A stretch of 64,000 nt of DNA, taken from contig CAVTTN010000002.1 of NCBI GenBank assembly GCA_963737655.1, forward strand, positions 1,056,001 through 1,120,000, in the 5' to 3' direction. Below, one piece after another: positions 1-11,127 of the stretch (positions are counted from its first letter, which is position 1; each line of letters begins with the position of its first letter). Source of the stretch: an uncultured Planctomycetota bacterium (lineage in GTDB: Bacteria > Planctomycetota > Planctomycetia > Isosphaerales > Isosphaeraceae). The notes below the pieces were generated by a model, which saw only the letters and a program-made list of their open reading frames with translations, had not been told where the DNA came from and did not search any database. Position numbers and translations under genes: made by a program.

Positions 1-364
1 CGCGAAGCAGCTTCACCCGCCCCGGCCCGCTCTCGGCCACGAAAAGATCGCCGTTCGGAGCGGTCACGATCACTCGCGGATTGTTCAGTTTTGTGGCGAA
101 TTCGGTGACCTTGAACCCCTCCGGCGCCTTCGGCCACGCCCCCTCGGGCCGCTTCACCACGCGAGGGCCATTGTTGGCCGAGGGGGTGTCGTACGGGGCC
201 GGCAAATCAGCCGGCGTGAGCTTGCGGCGGACCCCGGGGGCATCGGTCGTCCAGTCCCCCATCGCCTCCGGGCCCGTGAGGGTCTTCGATTTCGGCTCAT
301 CGGCGAGGGCGGGGATCGCGAAACCGACCAGGAAAATCAGGGCGGGACGAACGCATCGAGGCAT
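1..364 (-). CDS. PQQ-dependent sugar/sorbosone dehydrogenase family protein (N-terminal part, runs off window)
   Basis: Hand translation from ATG at 364: MPRCVRPALIFLVGFAIPALADEPK...PEGFKVTEFATKLNNPRVIVTAPNGDLFVAESGPGRV. Signal peptide plus the typical PxGF..FA..L.NPR....PNGDLFVAES pattern. Not in the ORF track because it is truncated. Confidence 0.8.
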   Translation of the reverse strand, partial: MPRCVRPALIFLVGFAIPALADEPKSKTLTGPEAMGDWTTDAPGVRRKLTPADLPAPYDTPSANNGPRVVKRPEGAWPKAPEGFKVTEFATKLNNPRVIVTAPNGDLFVAESGPGRVKLLR

Positions 365-462
365 GGATGTCAATCCTGGAGGGAGGTGGGGCGGGTCTCC
401 GAGCCATCTTGGCCGGGAGGGGGCCTCCGTGCAATCGCCGGGCCTCCTGGAAATCCGGGGAA

Positions 463-604
463 GACCAACCGCCAAGCCGCCAAGAACGCCAAGGAGCAGA
501 AGAGAAAACCAATCAGGTCATTTTTGGTCTTATCTTGTTTTTGTCGTTCTTTGCACTGCCTTTCTCTTCATTCCTTGGCGCCGTTGGCGTCTTGGCGGTT
601 GGTC
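463..604. repeat. Palindromic intergenic element, family C (AACCGCCAAG...CTTGGCGGTT)
   Basis: Arms GACCAACCGCCAAGCCGCCAAGAACGCCAAGG and CCTTGGCGCCGTTGGCGTCTTGGCGGTTGGTC; related copies at 17429 and 29744. Confidence 0.85.
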
Positions 605-714
605 TGCATTCCAACCCCTTGCACGGAGACGGAGGAGCCGTATCCTGGGCGGGACTCGCGGGGCTGGCCTCTCGCCCGAGCGGGGTTCGGACGTCCGATT
701 TCGGGGGACCACCC

Positions 715-2409
715 GTGAGATTGCGAATCGCGGCCTTGTTCGTGATCGTGGCCGGTCCGTCGGCCCTCGCCGACGGCCCCGACCGGGCCTTTTCGGCGTT
801 CGTGGACCGCTACTTCGACGCCCGGTTCCGGTTCAGCCCGAGCGACGGAACCTCAGCCGGGTTCCACGAATACGACGAGAAGCTCGAGGACCGTTCGAGG
901 GCCGCGATCCGGGCCCGGATCACCGAGCTGGAGGCCCAGCTCGCCGCCCTGAACGGCCTCGACCGCTCGAAATTCTCCCCCGACGACGCCATCGACGCCG
1001 CCGTGCTCGACGGCCAGATCCGAGGAGAGCTGCTCGACCTGGACACCCTCAGAGTGCTCAAAACCAACCCGATGCCCTACATCGGCCTCCCCGGCGGGGC
1101 GATCGATGGTCTCATGAAGCGCAACTTTGCGCCGCCGAACAAACGCCTCCGCGCCGTGATCGCCCGCCTCAAGGGCGTCCCCGCCCTGCATGCGGCCCTG
1201 AAGGAGAACATCACGACGCCCCCGAAGGAATTCACCGACCTGGCGATCCGGATGGCCAAGGGGTCGGTCGGCTTCTTCGAGGACTCCGTGGCAAGCTGGG
1301 CCAAGGACGCGGCCGGGTCCGACGCCGTCCTCCTCGCCGAGTTCACCGGGGCCAACGACGCCGCCATCGCCTCGACCAAGGCGATCGCCGCCTGGCTCGA
1401 ATCGGACCTAAAGCCAAGGTCGAACGGGAAATACGCCATCGGCGCCGAGAATTTCCTCAAGAAGCTGAAATACGAAGAAATGGTCGAACTGCCCTTCGCC
1501 GACCTGCTGGCGAAAGGCGAAGCGAACCTGGCGCGTGACTACGAAAACTTCGTGAAGACGGCGAAACTCATCGACCCGTCGAAGACCCCGGCCGAGGTCA
1601 TGAAGGGCCTCTCCGACGACCACCCGACCGCCGACGACCTGATCCCTTCGGTCCGAAGGTCCGTCGAGGCCGCCCGCGCCTTCGTCGTCGAGAAGAACAT
1701 CGTGACCGTACCCTCCGAGGTCCGCGTCAAAATCGAGGAGACCCCGCCCTACGCCCGCTCCGGCTCGTTCGCCTCGATGGACACACCCGGACCTTACGAA
1801 ACCAAAGCGACCGAAGCGTTTTATTACGTGACGCCGGTCGAGAAGGACTGGACCAAAGAGCACAAAGACGAGCACCTCCGGCTCTACAACCCACCGGTCG
1901 TGGCGATGATCAACGTCCACGAAGCCTATCCCGGCCATTATCTCCAGTTTCTCTATGCCCCCCGTTTCCCCTCGAAGACGAGGAAACTCACGTTCTGCGG
2001 GACGAACGTGGAAGGCTGGGCCCACTACACCGAGCAGATGATGGTTGACCAGGGATTCGGCAACGGCGATCCCAAGATCCGCCTGGCGCAGCTCCAGGAA
2101 GCCTTGTTGAGAGACTGTCGGTACGTCGTGGGCATCAAACTGCACACCGAGGGGATGACCGTCGAGGACGGGGCGAAACTGTTTGTCGAGAAAGGGTTTC
2201 AGGAGCCGGCCAACGCGTTTGAGGAGTCGCGTCGAGGGGCTTACAACCCGACCTATCTCTATTACACGTTCGGCAAGCTCCAGATCCAGGAGCTTCGCGA
2301 CGAGTACCTGGCCAAAACGGGCAAACCTCTGCGCGAATTCCACGATCGGTTCGTGGCCCAGGGCGGGTTGCCGATCGTCCTGGTTCGAAAGATCCTGTTT
2401 CATGATTGA
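715..2409 (+). CDS. DUF885 domain-containing secreted protein (putative metallopeptidase)
   Basis: GTG at 715 gives a signal-peptide-like start. Motifs HEAYPGHYLQ, EGWAHYTE and YTFGKLQI...R are typical of DUF885. The ORF-track extension to 367 crosses a repeat. Confidence 0.85.
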   Translation: MRLRIAALFVIVAGPSALADGPDRAFSAFVDRYFDARFRFSPSDGTSAGFHEYDEKLEDRSRAAIRARITELEAQLAALNGLDRSKFSPDDAIDAAVLDGQIRGELLDLDTLRVLKTNPMPYIGLPGGAIDGLMKRNFAPPNKRLRAVIARLKGVPALHAALKENITTPPKEFTDLAIRMAKGSVGFFEDSVASWAKDAAGSDAVLLAEFTGANDAAIASTKAIAAWLESDLKPRSNGKYAIGAENFLKKLKYEEMVELPFADLLAKGEANLARDYENFVKTAKLIDPSKTPAEVMKGLSDDHPTADDLIPSVRRSVEAARAFVVEKNIVTVPSEVRVKIEETPPYARSGSFASMDTPGPYETKATEAFYYVTPVEKDWTKEHKDEHLRLYNPPVVAMINVHEAYPGHYLQFLYAPRFPSKTRKLTFCGTNVEGWAHYTEQMMVDQGFGNGDPKIRLAQLQEALLRDCRYVVGIKLHTEGMTVEDGAKLFVEKGFQEPANAFEESRRGAYNPTYLYYTFGKLQIQELRDEYLAKTGKPLREFHDRFVAQGGLPIVLVRKILFHD

Positions 2410-2456
2410 ATGGAGGGCCGGTCGCCGGTAAGCTCCACCGATCCCGGAGTCCTCCC

Positions 2457-2993
2457 ATGATCTTCACCCCAACGGCCCTCCCGGGCGCGTTCTTGATCGA
2501 GCCGGAACGCATCCACGACGACCGAGGGTTCTTCGCCCGGCTCTACACGCCCGAGGAATTCGAGGCCCACGGCCTGAACCCCCGGATCGCCCAGACGAGC
2601 GCCTCGTTCAACCGGGTCAAAGGGACGCTCCGGGGCATGCACTACCAGTCGCCCCCCCACGCCGAGGCGAAACTCGTAAGATGCGGGGCCGGTGCGATTT
2701 ACGACGTGATCATCGACCTCCGGCCGGAGTCGCCAACCTTCCGAAAGTGGGTCGGCGTCGAACTCTCGGCCGAGAATCGCCGGATGCTCTACATCCCCGA
2801 AGGGTTCGCCCACGGGTTCCTGACCCTGGCGGACGCCTCGGAGGTCTTCTATCAACTTTCGGCCGGTTACGCCCCCCAGGCCGCTCGGGGGGTCCGCCAT
2901 GACGACCCCGCGTTCGGCATCGCATGGCCGGGCGAGGTCGTCGTCATCGCCCCCCGGGATCGCGATTACCCCGATTTTGAGGTTCCCGCCTGA
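2457..2993 (+). CDS. rfbC: dTDP-4-dehydrorhamnose 3,5-epimerase
   Basis: DDRGFFAR, GTLRGMHYQ, EAKLVRC..GAIYDVIIDLRPESPTF and IPEGFAHGF motifs. Confidence 0.93.
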   Translation: MIFTPTALPGAFLIEPERIHDDRGFFARLYTPEEFEAHGLNPRIAQTSASFNRVKGTLRGMHYQSPPHAEAKLVRCGAGAIYDVIIDLRPESPTFRKWVGVELSAENRRMLYIPEGFAHGFLTLADASEVFYQLSAGYAPQAARGVRHDDPAFGIAWPGEVVVIAPRDRDYPDFEVPA

Positions 2994-3052
2994 ATGACTG
3001 GCCGAGGATCAAGGGTGGTGCGTTGCATGCACCAGGCGCAGGAGGCCCCGCG

Positions 3053-3962
3053 ATGAAAGCCGTGGTGATCGGTGGCTCGGGACAGATTGGCGGCTGGCTC
3101 CTTCATCATCTTCATGCCCGAAACCATGAGGCCGTAGGTACTTACCACACGGTTGCCTTTCCCGGCCTGCTGCGGCTGGATGGGGCCGACCTGGCCGCTT
3201 CGGCGGCCTGGCTCCGCGAGAAACGGCCGGATTGGGTCTTCTTTCCCGCCGGGTTTACATGGGTGGATGGATGCCAACGCGATCCGGCGAAGGCCCGGGG
3301 GGCGAACCGGGATCAGCCGTTGAACCTGGCGAGGGCGGCGGCGGAGATCGGGGCGAAATTCCTGTATTTCTCCACCGATTATGTCTTCGACGGCGAGACG
3401 GGGCCGAATTCCGAAGGGGATCCCCCGAGGCCGGTCAATGTCTATGGCGAGGCAAAACTTGAAGCCGAGCAACAACTTATGGAAGATCTGGGCGACCGCG
3501 CCCTGATCGCCCGGACTTCCTGGGTCTACGGACCCGAGAAGCAAGGGAAAAATTTTGCCTATCAAATCGTGAAGACGCTCACGCAGGGCAAGACCCTCGT
3601 GGCGCCGACGGACATGGTCTCGAACCCGAGCTATGGCCCCGATGTGGCCGAGGCGGCCGTTCGGCTGGCCGAGATGGGGCAATCGGGTCTGCTCCATGTC
3701 GTCGGGCCCGAACTCTTGCCAAGGCTGGAGTTTGCGCGAGGGATCGCCGAGGCGTTCGGGCTCGATCCGTCGCTCGTCCTGGGCAAGACCACGGCCGAGA
3801 CCACTCCCGAGACCTGCGCGTCCGCTGCGGGGCGGCCTCCGCTCGGATCGACTCGAAGGGCTCCTGCCCGGGTTGATGAGGCCGCTCGGGCCCTCCCTGG
3901 CGGACTTCCTGGCCCGCGTGGCCTCGGATCAAGGCTGGGCCGATCCTCGGAGGCATGCCTGA
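3053..3962 (+). CDS. rfbD: dTDP-4-dehydrorhamnose reductase family SDR (frameshift near 3810)
   Basis: GGSGQIG, STDYVFDG, PVNVYGEAKLEAE. The C-terminus RPLRGGLRSDRL continues in the 3633..3962 frame. Confidence 0.8.
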
Positions 3963-4245
3963 TGTGGCGCAACTTCTTGATCCTTCTACATTTCAGGATG
4001 CTTTCCGGCCCGGCCTGCTCGACCCTCCGGCCGGGGGACGAGGCCCCGTCGAGGTCCGTCAGGGGCATTTGTTCACGGGTGATCGACGTTTGCGCCAGTT
4101 TGGGGTGAATTTGTGCTGCGACGCCAGCTTTCCCGCCATGACAACGTCATCGTCGATCGCCGATGAAGTTTATTTGCATGCTTTTCCGATCGGACCGGAC
4201 CGAGTTTCGCGACCTGGATCGTTGGCCCCGAGTCCTGGGATCTTC

Positions 4246-7200
4246 ATGTCCCGACGCGCTTCGGACCGGAATCTTTTGTTCGGAATCCTCGCGGTCCAGA
4301 TGGACTTTGTCTCGCGGGATGACCTGATTGCGGCGATGAATGCCTGGGTTCTGGAGAAGGGGCGGGGCCTGGGGGAGATATTGGTCGAGCGAGGGGCGAT
4401 GGAGGCGGGTGAGAGGGCCTTGCTGGAGCCGATGGTCGATCGGCACGTGGCCCGTCATGGAGGCGACCCGGAGCGGAGCCTGGCCTCGCTGAGCTCGGTG
4501 GAGTGGATGGCGGCCGAAGTGCGGGGGAAGGTGGCCGACGAGGAGGTGGCCGAGAGCCTGTCGATGCTGAGGTCAGCGGAAGACGGCTGGAGCACCCGGC
4601 CCTCGTCGCAAGTCCTTCCCCCGTCTCCACCTGGGCTCCGATTTCGGAAGATCCGCGACCATGCCAGGGGGGGGCTGGGCGTGGTGTTCGTCGCCCTGGA
4701 CTCCGAGCTCAACCGCGAGGTCGCGCTCAAGGAGATCAAGCCGGCCTTCGCCGACCATCCCGAAGGGCGGGCCCGGTTCCTCCTGGAAGGGGAGATCACC
4801 GGGGGGCTGGAGCATCCGGGGATCGTCCCGGTTTATGGCCTGGGGCGGTACGAGGATGGCCGCCCGTTCTACGCCATGAGGTTCATCAAGGGGGACAGCC
4901 TGAAGGAGGCGATCGATCGGTTCCACCTGGCCGACTCGGACCGAAACCGTGACCCGGGTACGCGTTCGGTCGAGCTTCGCGACCTGCTCCGGCGGTTCCT
5001 GGACGTCTGCAACGCCGTGGCGTATGCCCATTCGCGGGGGGTGTTGCATCGCGACTTGAAGCCGAACAACATCATGGTGGGCCGATTCGGCGAGACGTTG
5101 GTGGTGGATTGGGGGCTGGCGAAGGTGGTGGGGCGACCTGAGGGGGATGGGTCGAGCGAGCCGACCTTGCGGCCATCGTCGGCGAGCGGGACGGGGGAGA
5201 CGATCCCGAACTCGGCGCTGGGGACGCCCGGTTACATGAGTCCGGAGCAGGCGGCCGGGCGGATTGACCAGCTCGGCCCGGCGACCGACGTTTACAGTTT
5301 GGGGGCCACGCTTTACGCCGTGCTCGTGGGTCACGGGCCGTTCCGGGGGCTGAACGCCGAGGCGGCGGTGGCGATGGCGATCGTCGGCCGGTTTCCCCGG
5401 CCGAGGGAGGCGAACCGCTCGGTGCCTCGGGCGTTGGAGGCCGTCTGCCTGAAGGCGATGGCGGCTCGGCCGGGGGATCGCTATCCGTCTCCCCTGGAGC
5501 TGGCCGAGGACCTCAAGAAGTGGCTGGCCGACGAGCGCGTGTCGGCCTATCGAGAGCCGTTGCCGGCGCGAGCCTGGCGGTGGGCCCGGAGGCATCGGAC
5601 GGCCCTGGTGGCGGCGGGATGGTCGTTGGTCCTGGCTCTCGCGGTGGGCGGGTTCCAGGTCTGGCGTCGGGCCGACGACCGGAGAAGGGCCGACGACCTG
5701 GTGGATCGGCTGATCCGGGGGGACGTGGCCGACTCGCCCGCCCTGGCCGAGGCGCTGGTCCCCCTCCGCGAGTTCGCCGAGCCGAGGTTGACGAGGCTGG
5801 CGTCGTCGTCCGACCGCTCCCTGGCGCTCCGGGTCTCGCTCGCCCTGTTACGGATGGACCCGGGTCGGGCCGAGGGGCTGGCGTCGCGGATCTTCGTGGA
5901 GCCCCCGGAGGTCGCCGCGGTCCTGATCCGCCAGCTTCGCCCCTTCGGGGACCGCCTGTCGGCGCTCCTGCCCGAGATGGCCCGAGGCGGGGGCGCGTCG
6001 GCCCGGCTCCGGGCGGAGTCGGCCGGGGTCGCGTTCTCTCCCGAGGCGTCTCGGGGCCCGGAGTGGTTCGAGGCCGTCGCCCGGGACCTCCTGGCCGAAG
6101 ACCCGGGGGCGGCCCAGGTCTGGAGCGGGTTCCTGGACCCGTTTGGCCGGGGACTCCTCGTTCCGCTCAAAACCGCTTATCGTTCCAGGGTTTACGACGG
6201 ACAAAGACCGGAGGAAAAAGGCCGCGCCCGGGCCCTGATCGAGCGGTTCGCCGGGGACGATCCGTCTCTGCGGATCGACCTGTTGCCGGACGCCGAACCG
6301 GAGTTCTTCGAGCGGCTGATTTCGCAAATCCCCCCGGGTGCCGCCTCGGCCGGGCATCCGGCGCTTGCGCCTCTTGCCCCGTTGCCGCCCCTTGCGCTGA
6401 TCCCGCCTCTTACCCCCGACCCACGCCCGGACGACGCGCTCGATCGCCGGCGGGCCCAGGCCGCCGTGGCCCGGAGCCGGCTCGATCCGTCGGCCGACCT
6501 GGTCGAATTCCTCGACCGATCGCCCGATCCGAACCTTCGTTCGCACCTGATCCGGCTTTTTGGAGAACTTGGGGGAGATTGGAAACGGATTCGGGATCGA
6601 CTTCTCGACCGAGACGACCCGCCCGGGGTGCGGTCGGCCCTGATCTTGATCCTGGGCGACCTCTCGGCCGCGATCCCGAGAGAGGCCCGAGATTCCCTGG
6701 TTGTCCGACTCCTCCCCGTCTACCGGAACGATCGTGATCCGGGGGTCCACGGCGCCCTGGCCCGCCTCCTGGACCGGATCGGGGCGATCGAGACCCGACG
6801 AGAGGCGGATTCGACATTGGCGAGGCTCGGCCCGAGGGCCGGTCAGGGCTGGTTCGTGGCCCCGGGAGGCCACACGATGGTGGTGGTCCGTCCGCAAAAG
6901 TTCGCATTCGGGTCTCCGAACGACGAAACCGGCCGGGAACGGGGCGATCTGGACCGCGAGACGGCCTCGATTGACACAGAGTACGCGATCGGGGCGAGGG
7001 AGGTAACCTGGGGGGAATTCCGCCGGTTCCTGGCCGCGACGAAGGGCAAGGTGGTCCACTATTCGGGGGACCAGGAGGGTGGATTGGATGCGGACGACTT
7101 GCCGGCGATTTCCGTAACCTGGTTTGTGGCCATGCAGTTCTGTCGGTGGCTCAGCGAGCAGGAGGGGTTCGGCGAGGACCAGATGTGCTACCCGAAGGTC

Positions 7201-7638
7201 GAGGCGATCGGCCCCGGGTTCCGTCCCGACCCGGTCCTCGGCCAGAGGCTGGGATACCGGCTCCCGACGGAGAAGGAATGGGAATGCGCGGCCAGGGCCG
7301 GCGCGTCGTCGGCGAGGTCTTACGGCCGGTCCGACGCGCTCCTGGGCGGCTATGCGGTGTTCGGGGTCGAGCGGCCGGCCCGGGTTGGCACTCGATTGCC
7401 GAACGAATGGGGGCTTTTCGATACACTGGGGAACGTTGCGGAATGGTGCAACGATCTTTACGAGACCAGGCCGGACCGGAACGGTATCGTCGCGCCGTTC
7501 CGCGTCCAGCGGGGCGGTTCGTTCGCCCTGCCGTATCCGGGATACGTGCGGGACGCCCATCGGGACGGCTACTCGCCGGAGCTGGTGAACATGACGGTCG
7601 GTTTCCGGGTGGCTCGGTTCATGATCGCGCCGAAATAG
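4246..7638 (+). CDS. Ser/Thr protein kinase with C-terminal FGE-sulfatase (SUMF1) domain
   Basis: DRNLLFG start, ARGGLG.V, HRDLKPNN, DWGLAK, GTPGYMSPEQ, a TM-like segment, then YRLPTEKEWECAARAG, GNVAEWC, RGGSF and GFRVAR. Confidence 0.93.
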   Translation: MSRRASDRNLLFGILAVQMDFVSRDDLIAAMNAWVLEKGRGLGEILVERGAMEAGERALLEPMVDRHVARHGGDPERSLASLSSVEWMAAEVRGKVADEEVAESLSMLRSAEDGWSTRPSSQVLPPSPPGLRFRKIRDHARGGLGVVFVALDSELNREVALKEIKPAFADHPEGRARFLLEGEITGGLEHPGIVPVYGLGRYEDGRPFYAMRFIKGDSLKEAIDRFHLADSDRNRDPGTRSVELRDLLRRFLDVCNAVAYAHSRGVLHRDLKPNNIMVGRFGETLVVDWGLAKVVGRPEGDGSSEPTLRPSSASGTGETIPNSALGTPGYMSPEQAAGRIDQLGPATDVYSLGATLYAVLVGHGPFRGLNAEAAVAMAIVGRFPRPREANRSVPRALEAVCLKAMAARPGDRYPSPLELAEDLKKWLADERVSAYREPLPARAWRWARRHRTALVAAGWSLVLALAVGGFQVWRRADDRRRADDLVDRLIRGDVADSPALAEALVPLREFAEPRLTRLASSSDRSLALRVSLALLRMDPGRAEGLASRIFVEPPEVAAVLIRQLRPFGDRLSALLPEMARGGGASARLRAESAGVAFSPEASRGPEWFEAVARDLLAEDPGAAQVWSGFLDPFGRGLLVPLKTAYRSRVYDGQRPEEKGRARALIERFAGDDPSLRIDLLPDAEPEFFERLISQIPPGAASAGHPALAPLAPLPPLALIPPLTPDPRPDDALDRRRAQAAVARSRLDPSADLVEFLDRSPDPNLRSHLIRLFGELGGDWKRIRDRLLDRDDPPGVRSALILILGDLSAAIPREARDSLVVRLLPVYRNDRDPGVHGALARLLDRIGAIETRREADSTLARLGPRAGQGWFVAPGGHTMVVVRPQKFAFGSPNDETGRERGDLDRETASIDTEYAIGAREVTWGEFRRFLAATKGKVVHYSGDQEGGLDADDLPAISVTWFVAMQFCRWLSEQEGFGEDQMCYPKVEAIGPGFRPDPVLGQRLGYRLPTEKEWECAARAGASSARSYGRSDALLGGYAVFGVERPARVGTRLPNEWGLFDTLGNVAEWCNDLYETRPDRNGIVAPFRVQRGGSFALPYPGYVRDAHRDGYSPELVNMTVGFRVARFMIAPK

Positions 7639-7770
7639 GAAGATGTTTGACAGAGAGGTCGGGGCCGGTCATCTTCTTCAAGGGACATCCCTCCCAACCG
7701 TTCGGCCTTTCCGTCCCGGCGACGCGATCGCGACGAGGGCCGTGCTCCCCGACACGAAGAGAGAGCGACG

Positions 7771-10700
7771 ATGCCTCGGACCTTGCGCCGCCGACGCCCC
7801 TCCCGCCGTCCTGGGGCCGAGCTCCTGGAGCCTCGGGCCTTGCTGGCCACCGGGGCGACGATCCCGTTCACGTTCCAGGTGGATGACCCGTCCCACCTGT
7901 TCACCAACCCGCAACTGGCGGCGACCCTGGCGGCGGCCGGCGCGACGATGACAGCCCTGGTGCCGGGCCCGGCGATCGTGACCGGAGGGGCGCGGCCCAG
8001 GCGGCTTCGAGCGTGACGGTCGTCCTCCGCCCCGACGCGACGGTCACCGCCCCCCGGCCCGGGACGCCGATCTATTTCCCCCGGCTCGGCTGGCGAGACT
8101 CCTCGGTGATGAGGGACCTCCGAGGCGTCGGGAACGTCGAGTTGCCGATCGACGTCCCTCCCGATGATGTCAATGACAAGTCCGGGACGGTGTACGTGGG
8201 GGCGAGCCCGAGCGTCCCGGCGGGGATGGAGGATTTCTATTCGGTCCTGCTCCGGGAGACGCTCCACGGCCTGGGGTTCCAGGGCTACCGGCAGCCCAAC
8301 GGCACGTTCCCGAGCGATTCCAACGGCACGTACCGCTCGGCGTTCGACCACCTGGAGACCCCCGGCTCGGGCGGGACGATCCAGTTCTCCGGGACCAAGG
8401 CAAAGGCGGCGGCCGGCAGCTCGGCGATCGTGGTCGATCCGGTCCAGGCCGGCGACCCGACGGGCGACGAGGAGGGGACGGACTTCGGAGGAGAGATCAC
8501 CTATCTGTATTTCCTCGCCCCCCCGGGCGGGACGCAGGACCTGATGCAGAGAGACTTGCCCAGCGGGACGAGGCTCCAGCCCTCGGCGATCGACGCGGCG
8601 ATCCTCGACGACCTGATCCAGGCGCCGGCGATCCTCGCCTCGGGCGACCTGGCGGCCCAGCCGGTGGCCTCGACGCTGAGCGTCCCGGTGTCGGTCGTCG
8701 GCCCGCCGCCGAACGGCACGACCGTCACCGTGACGGCCCAGACCGTCGACGGATCGGCCAGGGCGGGCGTGGATTACGTCGCGAGCTCGGAGACCGAGAC
8801 GTTCGACGGCACGCTCAACACGTTCAACCTCTCCGTGCCCATCCAGGCCGTCTCGACGCCCTCGCCCGACAAGACGTTCGGGGTCCAGCTCGTGGGGTCG
8901 GACGGGACGATTTATGATCAGATCTCGGTGAAGATCGTCCACGACGGCGCCCCGCCGGTCGTCTCGGTGTCGCCGCCCCTCCAGCCGATCGTCACGAACC
9001 CCGGCGTAGCGGAGGCCGACTTCACGGTGACGCTCTCGGCCTCCGAGCCCTACCCGGTGACGGTCCAGTACGCGACCCAGGACGGCTCGGCGAAGGCCCC
9101 CGGGGATTACTCGGCGACGAGCGGGACGTTGACGTTCGCCCCGGGGCAGACGAGCAAGGCGGTGGCCGTCCCGGTCACGGTGTCGCGGGTTGGGGGGCCG
9201 AGCAAGGCGTTTTCCCTGATCCTCTCCAACCCGTCGAACGCGACGATCGGCCAGGGGACCGCCAGCGAGTCGATCTTCGAGGGGACGGCCGACGTGGTGG
9301 TCACGAACCCGTCGGCAGGGGCGGCGACGGTGACCGTCGGGCAGGCGGGGATTCCGCTGTCGATCCACCTGGCCTCGACTCCCGAGTTCCCCGTGAACGT
9401 GACGCTGAGCGGCGGCGCCTCGCTGGCCGCCTCGCCCCAGGTCCTGTATTTCAACCCGTCGAACTGGAACGTGGACCAGACCGTCATCGTCGCCGCCAAT
9501 GACATCGGCGGGTCGGCCGGGACGTATCCGGCGACGCTCTCGGCGATGTTCACGTCGGCCGACCCGCGATATTCGAACGTGACGGCCCCGACGGCCTATC
9601 CGGTCTCGGTGGTGGTGCCGCCGGGCCGGGCGTCGGCGATCGTCGCGTTCGACTCGGCCTCGTACTCGGCGACCCAGGGTTCGCCGGTGATGGTGACGCT
9701 CAGCCGGACCGGCGACCTCTCGCAGGCCGTGACGGTCGTCCTGGTCGCCTCGGACGGCACCGCGCACGTCGGGACCGACTACCAGCCGAACTCGCAGACG
9801 ATCACGATCGCCGCGGGGCAGACGAGCGTCCAGGCCGCGATCACGACCACGGCGTTTCCCGGGTTCATCGGCCAGAGGATGCTCGGGCTGAGCCTGATGA
9901 CCTCGGGTTCGGGCGTCCACATCGGCCCGATGGCCACGGCCTCGGCCGCGATCGTCGGGGTCGGCCTGAACGTCCCCCACAAGGCGGTCCCGGGCGACTT
10001 CGACGGCGACGGCAAGAGCGACGTCGCCGTGTTCGACCCGCCGACGGTGACGTATTACATCAGCTACAGCGGGGGAGGGGCCAAGGTCTTCGCCTTCGGC
10101 GTGCCCAACGGCCAGGACATCCCGCTCTACGGCGATTATGACGGCGACGGCAAGACCGACATCGCCGTGTACGACCCGCCGACTCCACGTTCTACGTCGT
10201 CTACAGCGGAGGGGCGCGAAGGTCTACCCGTTCGGCATCCCCAACGGCCAGGACATCCCGATTGCCGGCGATTACGACGGCGACGGCAAGACCGACTTCG
10301 CCGTCTTCGACCCCAGGACCGTCACCTTCTTCATCAGCTACAGCGGAGGGGGCGCCAAGGTCTTCCAGTTCGGCAATCCCAACGGGCAGGACATCCCCAT
10401 CCCGGGCGACTACGACGGCGACGGCAAGACGGATATCGCCGTGTTCGACCCGCCCTCGGCCACCTTCTACATCGCCTATTCGTCCGGGGGCGCGAAGGTC
10501 TTCCAGTTCGGCAACCCCAACGGCACGGACCTGCCGATCGCCGGGGATTTCGACGGCGACGGCAAGACGGATATCGCCGTGTTCGACCCGCCGAGCGTGA
10601 CGTATTACGTGAGCTATTCGGGCGGAGGGGCCAAGGTCTTCCAGTTCGGCGTGCCCAACGGGACGGACCTGCCGGTCCCGGCCGATTACGACGGCGACGG

Positions 10701-11007
10701 CAAGAGCGAGACCGCCGTGTACGACCCGCCGAGCTCGACCTTCTACATCTCCTATTCCAGCGGAGGGGCGAAGGTCTACCCGTTCGGCATCCCCGGCGGC
10801 CAGGACATCCCGGTCCCGGCGGTCGTCCGAGGTCGAGGGCAATCCGCGTCGGCCACGATCGCGAGCATCCAGGGCAGCCCGGACGCCTCGCCGACGGAAC
10901 GGGCCGCGATGATCGCCCCGCCGCCGTCGTCCGATCCGACCTCGCCGCCCCCGATCGCGAAACGGCATCACGGCCCGGCCCGGCATCGGTCCTTGTCGGG
11001 TGCATGA
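7771..11007 (+). CDS. Large secreted protein: LEPRxLL N-terminus, metalloprotease-like domain, Calx-beta domains, six FG-GAP-like repeats (frameshifts near 8000 and 10190)
   Basis: ELLEPRALLA at the N-terminus; TQDGSAKAPGDY..TSGTLTFAPGQT Calx-beta motifs; GDxDGDGKxD repeats. Joins ORFs 7771..8016, 8013..~10190 and 10138..11007. Confidence 0.8.
9993..10818 (+). repeat. Six tandem 138-nt coding repeats (FG-GAP/VCBS-like)
   Basis: Units start at 9993, 10131, 10267, 10405, 10543 and 10681. The second unit is 136 nt, matching the frameshift. Confidence 0.9.
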
Positions 11008-11012
11008 TTTCC

Positions 11013-11103
11013 CGGGGTGGCATGCTCACGTCTTCATGAGCATGTCTGTTTTTGACACGCGAAACCGAAGGCATGCTCACGAAGACGTGAGCATGCCACC
11101 CCG
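11013..11103. repeat. REP-like inverted doublet (GGGTGGCATGCTCACGTCTTC...) between convergent genes
   Basis: CGGGGTGGCATGCTCACGTCTTCATGAGCATG ... CATGCTCACGAAGACGTGAGCATGCCACCCCG; each arm is itself a hairpin. Confidence 0.85.
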
Positions 11104-11127
11104 CGAGGATTCCTCGGGCGGATCGGT

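Noticed and set aside
2457..3962. Polysaccharide biosynthesis island
   Set aside because: Only rfbC/rfbD-like genes are present, at host-like GC, without rfbA/rfbB or transferases nearby.
6900..7638. FGE-domain C-terminus as a diversity-generating retroelement target
   Set aside because: No template repeat or reverse transcriptase in the window; kinase-FGE fusions are common in planctomycetes.
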